From: an uncultured Chloroflexia bacterium
GTDB lineage: Bacteria; Chloroflexota; Limnocylindria; Limnocylindrales; CSP1-4
Assembly: GCA_963734535.1 (NCBI GenBank)
Contig: CAVTHS010000002.1
Span: forward strand, 1 to 64,000
Direction: 5' to 3'
Length of the DNA: 64,000 bases
The translations under genes and the position numbers were made by a program. The notes beneath the pieces are model-generated. The model was not told where the DNA came from and searched no databases. It saw nothing but the letters and a program-made list of their open reading frames with translations. The stretch's first letter is position 1. Every line of letters begins with the position of its first letter. Shown here piece by piece: positions 63,728 through 64,000 of this stretch.

Positions 63728-64000
63728 CAGGCGGCCGGGAGCCCGAGGGAACGCGGGTCGGCCGCCGCCGCCAGGGTGCCGCCGCGAGCGGGACCGCCCT
63801 CCACCAGCTCGATCGCGTGGGCATGCCCCAGCCCGCCGTCGAACGGCGCGCGGACGTCGAGGCGGTGGCCCATCGCGGCCAGCCCGGCAAGGAGCCCGTC
63901 ACGGAAGCGCGGCTCGATGACAACCGAGTCCGGGGGCGCGAAATGGCTGGGCGACGCCGCGTGCCAGCGCGGCGCGGCCACCGCCGTCGCGACGTCCACG
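63724..64000 (-). CDS. ggt: Gamma-glutamyltransferase family, C-terminal part (5' end outside window)
   Basis: AVAAPRW...IEPR...LAAMGH...GHAHAI...AAADPRSLG. Confidence 0.85.
   Translation of the reverse strand, partial: VDVATAVAAPRWHAASPSHFAPPDSVVIEPRFRDGLLAGLAAMGHRLDVRAPFDGGLGHAHAIELVEGGPARGGTLAAAADPRSLGLPAAW

Overview
A very GC-rich bacterial chromosomal window. Gene content suggests Chloroflexota (Limnocylindria-like) or Actinomycetota, but that is inference only. Many genes carry single-base frameshifts, most likely long-read consensus errors. (1) 1-4070 is the end of an element integrated at tRNA-His (4074-4150, minus strand). It carries a CBASS anti-phage operon (CD-NTase, stand-alone E2-like protein, TIR-SAVED effector) with a divergent XRE-HTH + ImmA/IrrE peptidase (CapH/CapP-like) pair. 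(2) 4.4-14.1 kb holds housekeeping and transport genes. (3) 14.1-30.1 kb is a co-oriented minus-strand block: group 3d hoxEFUYHW, then ku, a catalytically dead ATP-dependent ligase paralogue and ligD, then a cNMP-binding protein and a group 3b sulfhydrogenase with fused beta-gamma subunits. (4) 30.3-34.6 kb is a decayed patch: a garbled IS30 inside an XRE-nuclease gene, a DUF2130/RmuC-like gene and a DUF2075 remnant. (5) 35-64 kb holds mostly core genes: MUG, carbonic anhydrase, LplA-like, a DUF922-like peptidase with an eCIS-cargo-like N-terminus, feoAB, a DUF2089/DUF4097/SHOCT operon, YyaL, tatA, TetR-MFS, a divergent ClpP, DoxX, Lhr, GT87, a Na+/H+ antiporter, an M20 peptidase, azlCD and ggt. 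The best novelty candidates are the pseudo-ligase inside a hydrogenase-flanked NHEJ cluster, the CapH/CapP-like-regulated E2-only TIR-SAVED CBASS, and a recurrent 14-bp DosR-like palindrome. No CRISPR array or rRNA was seen. All family calls are by motif recognition, not database search.
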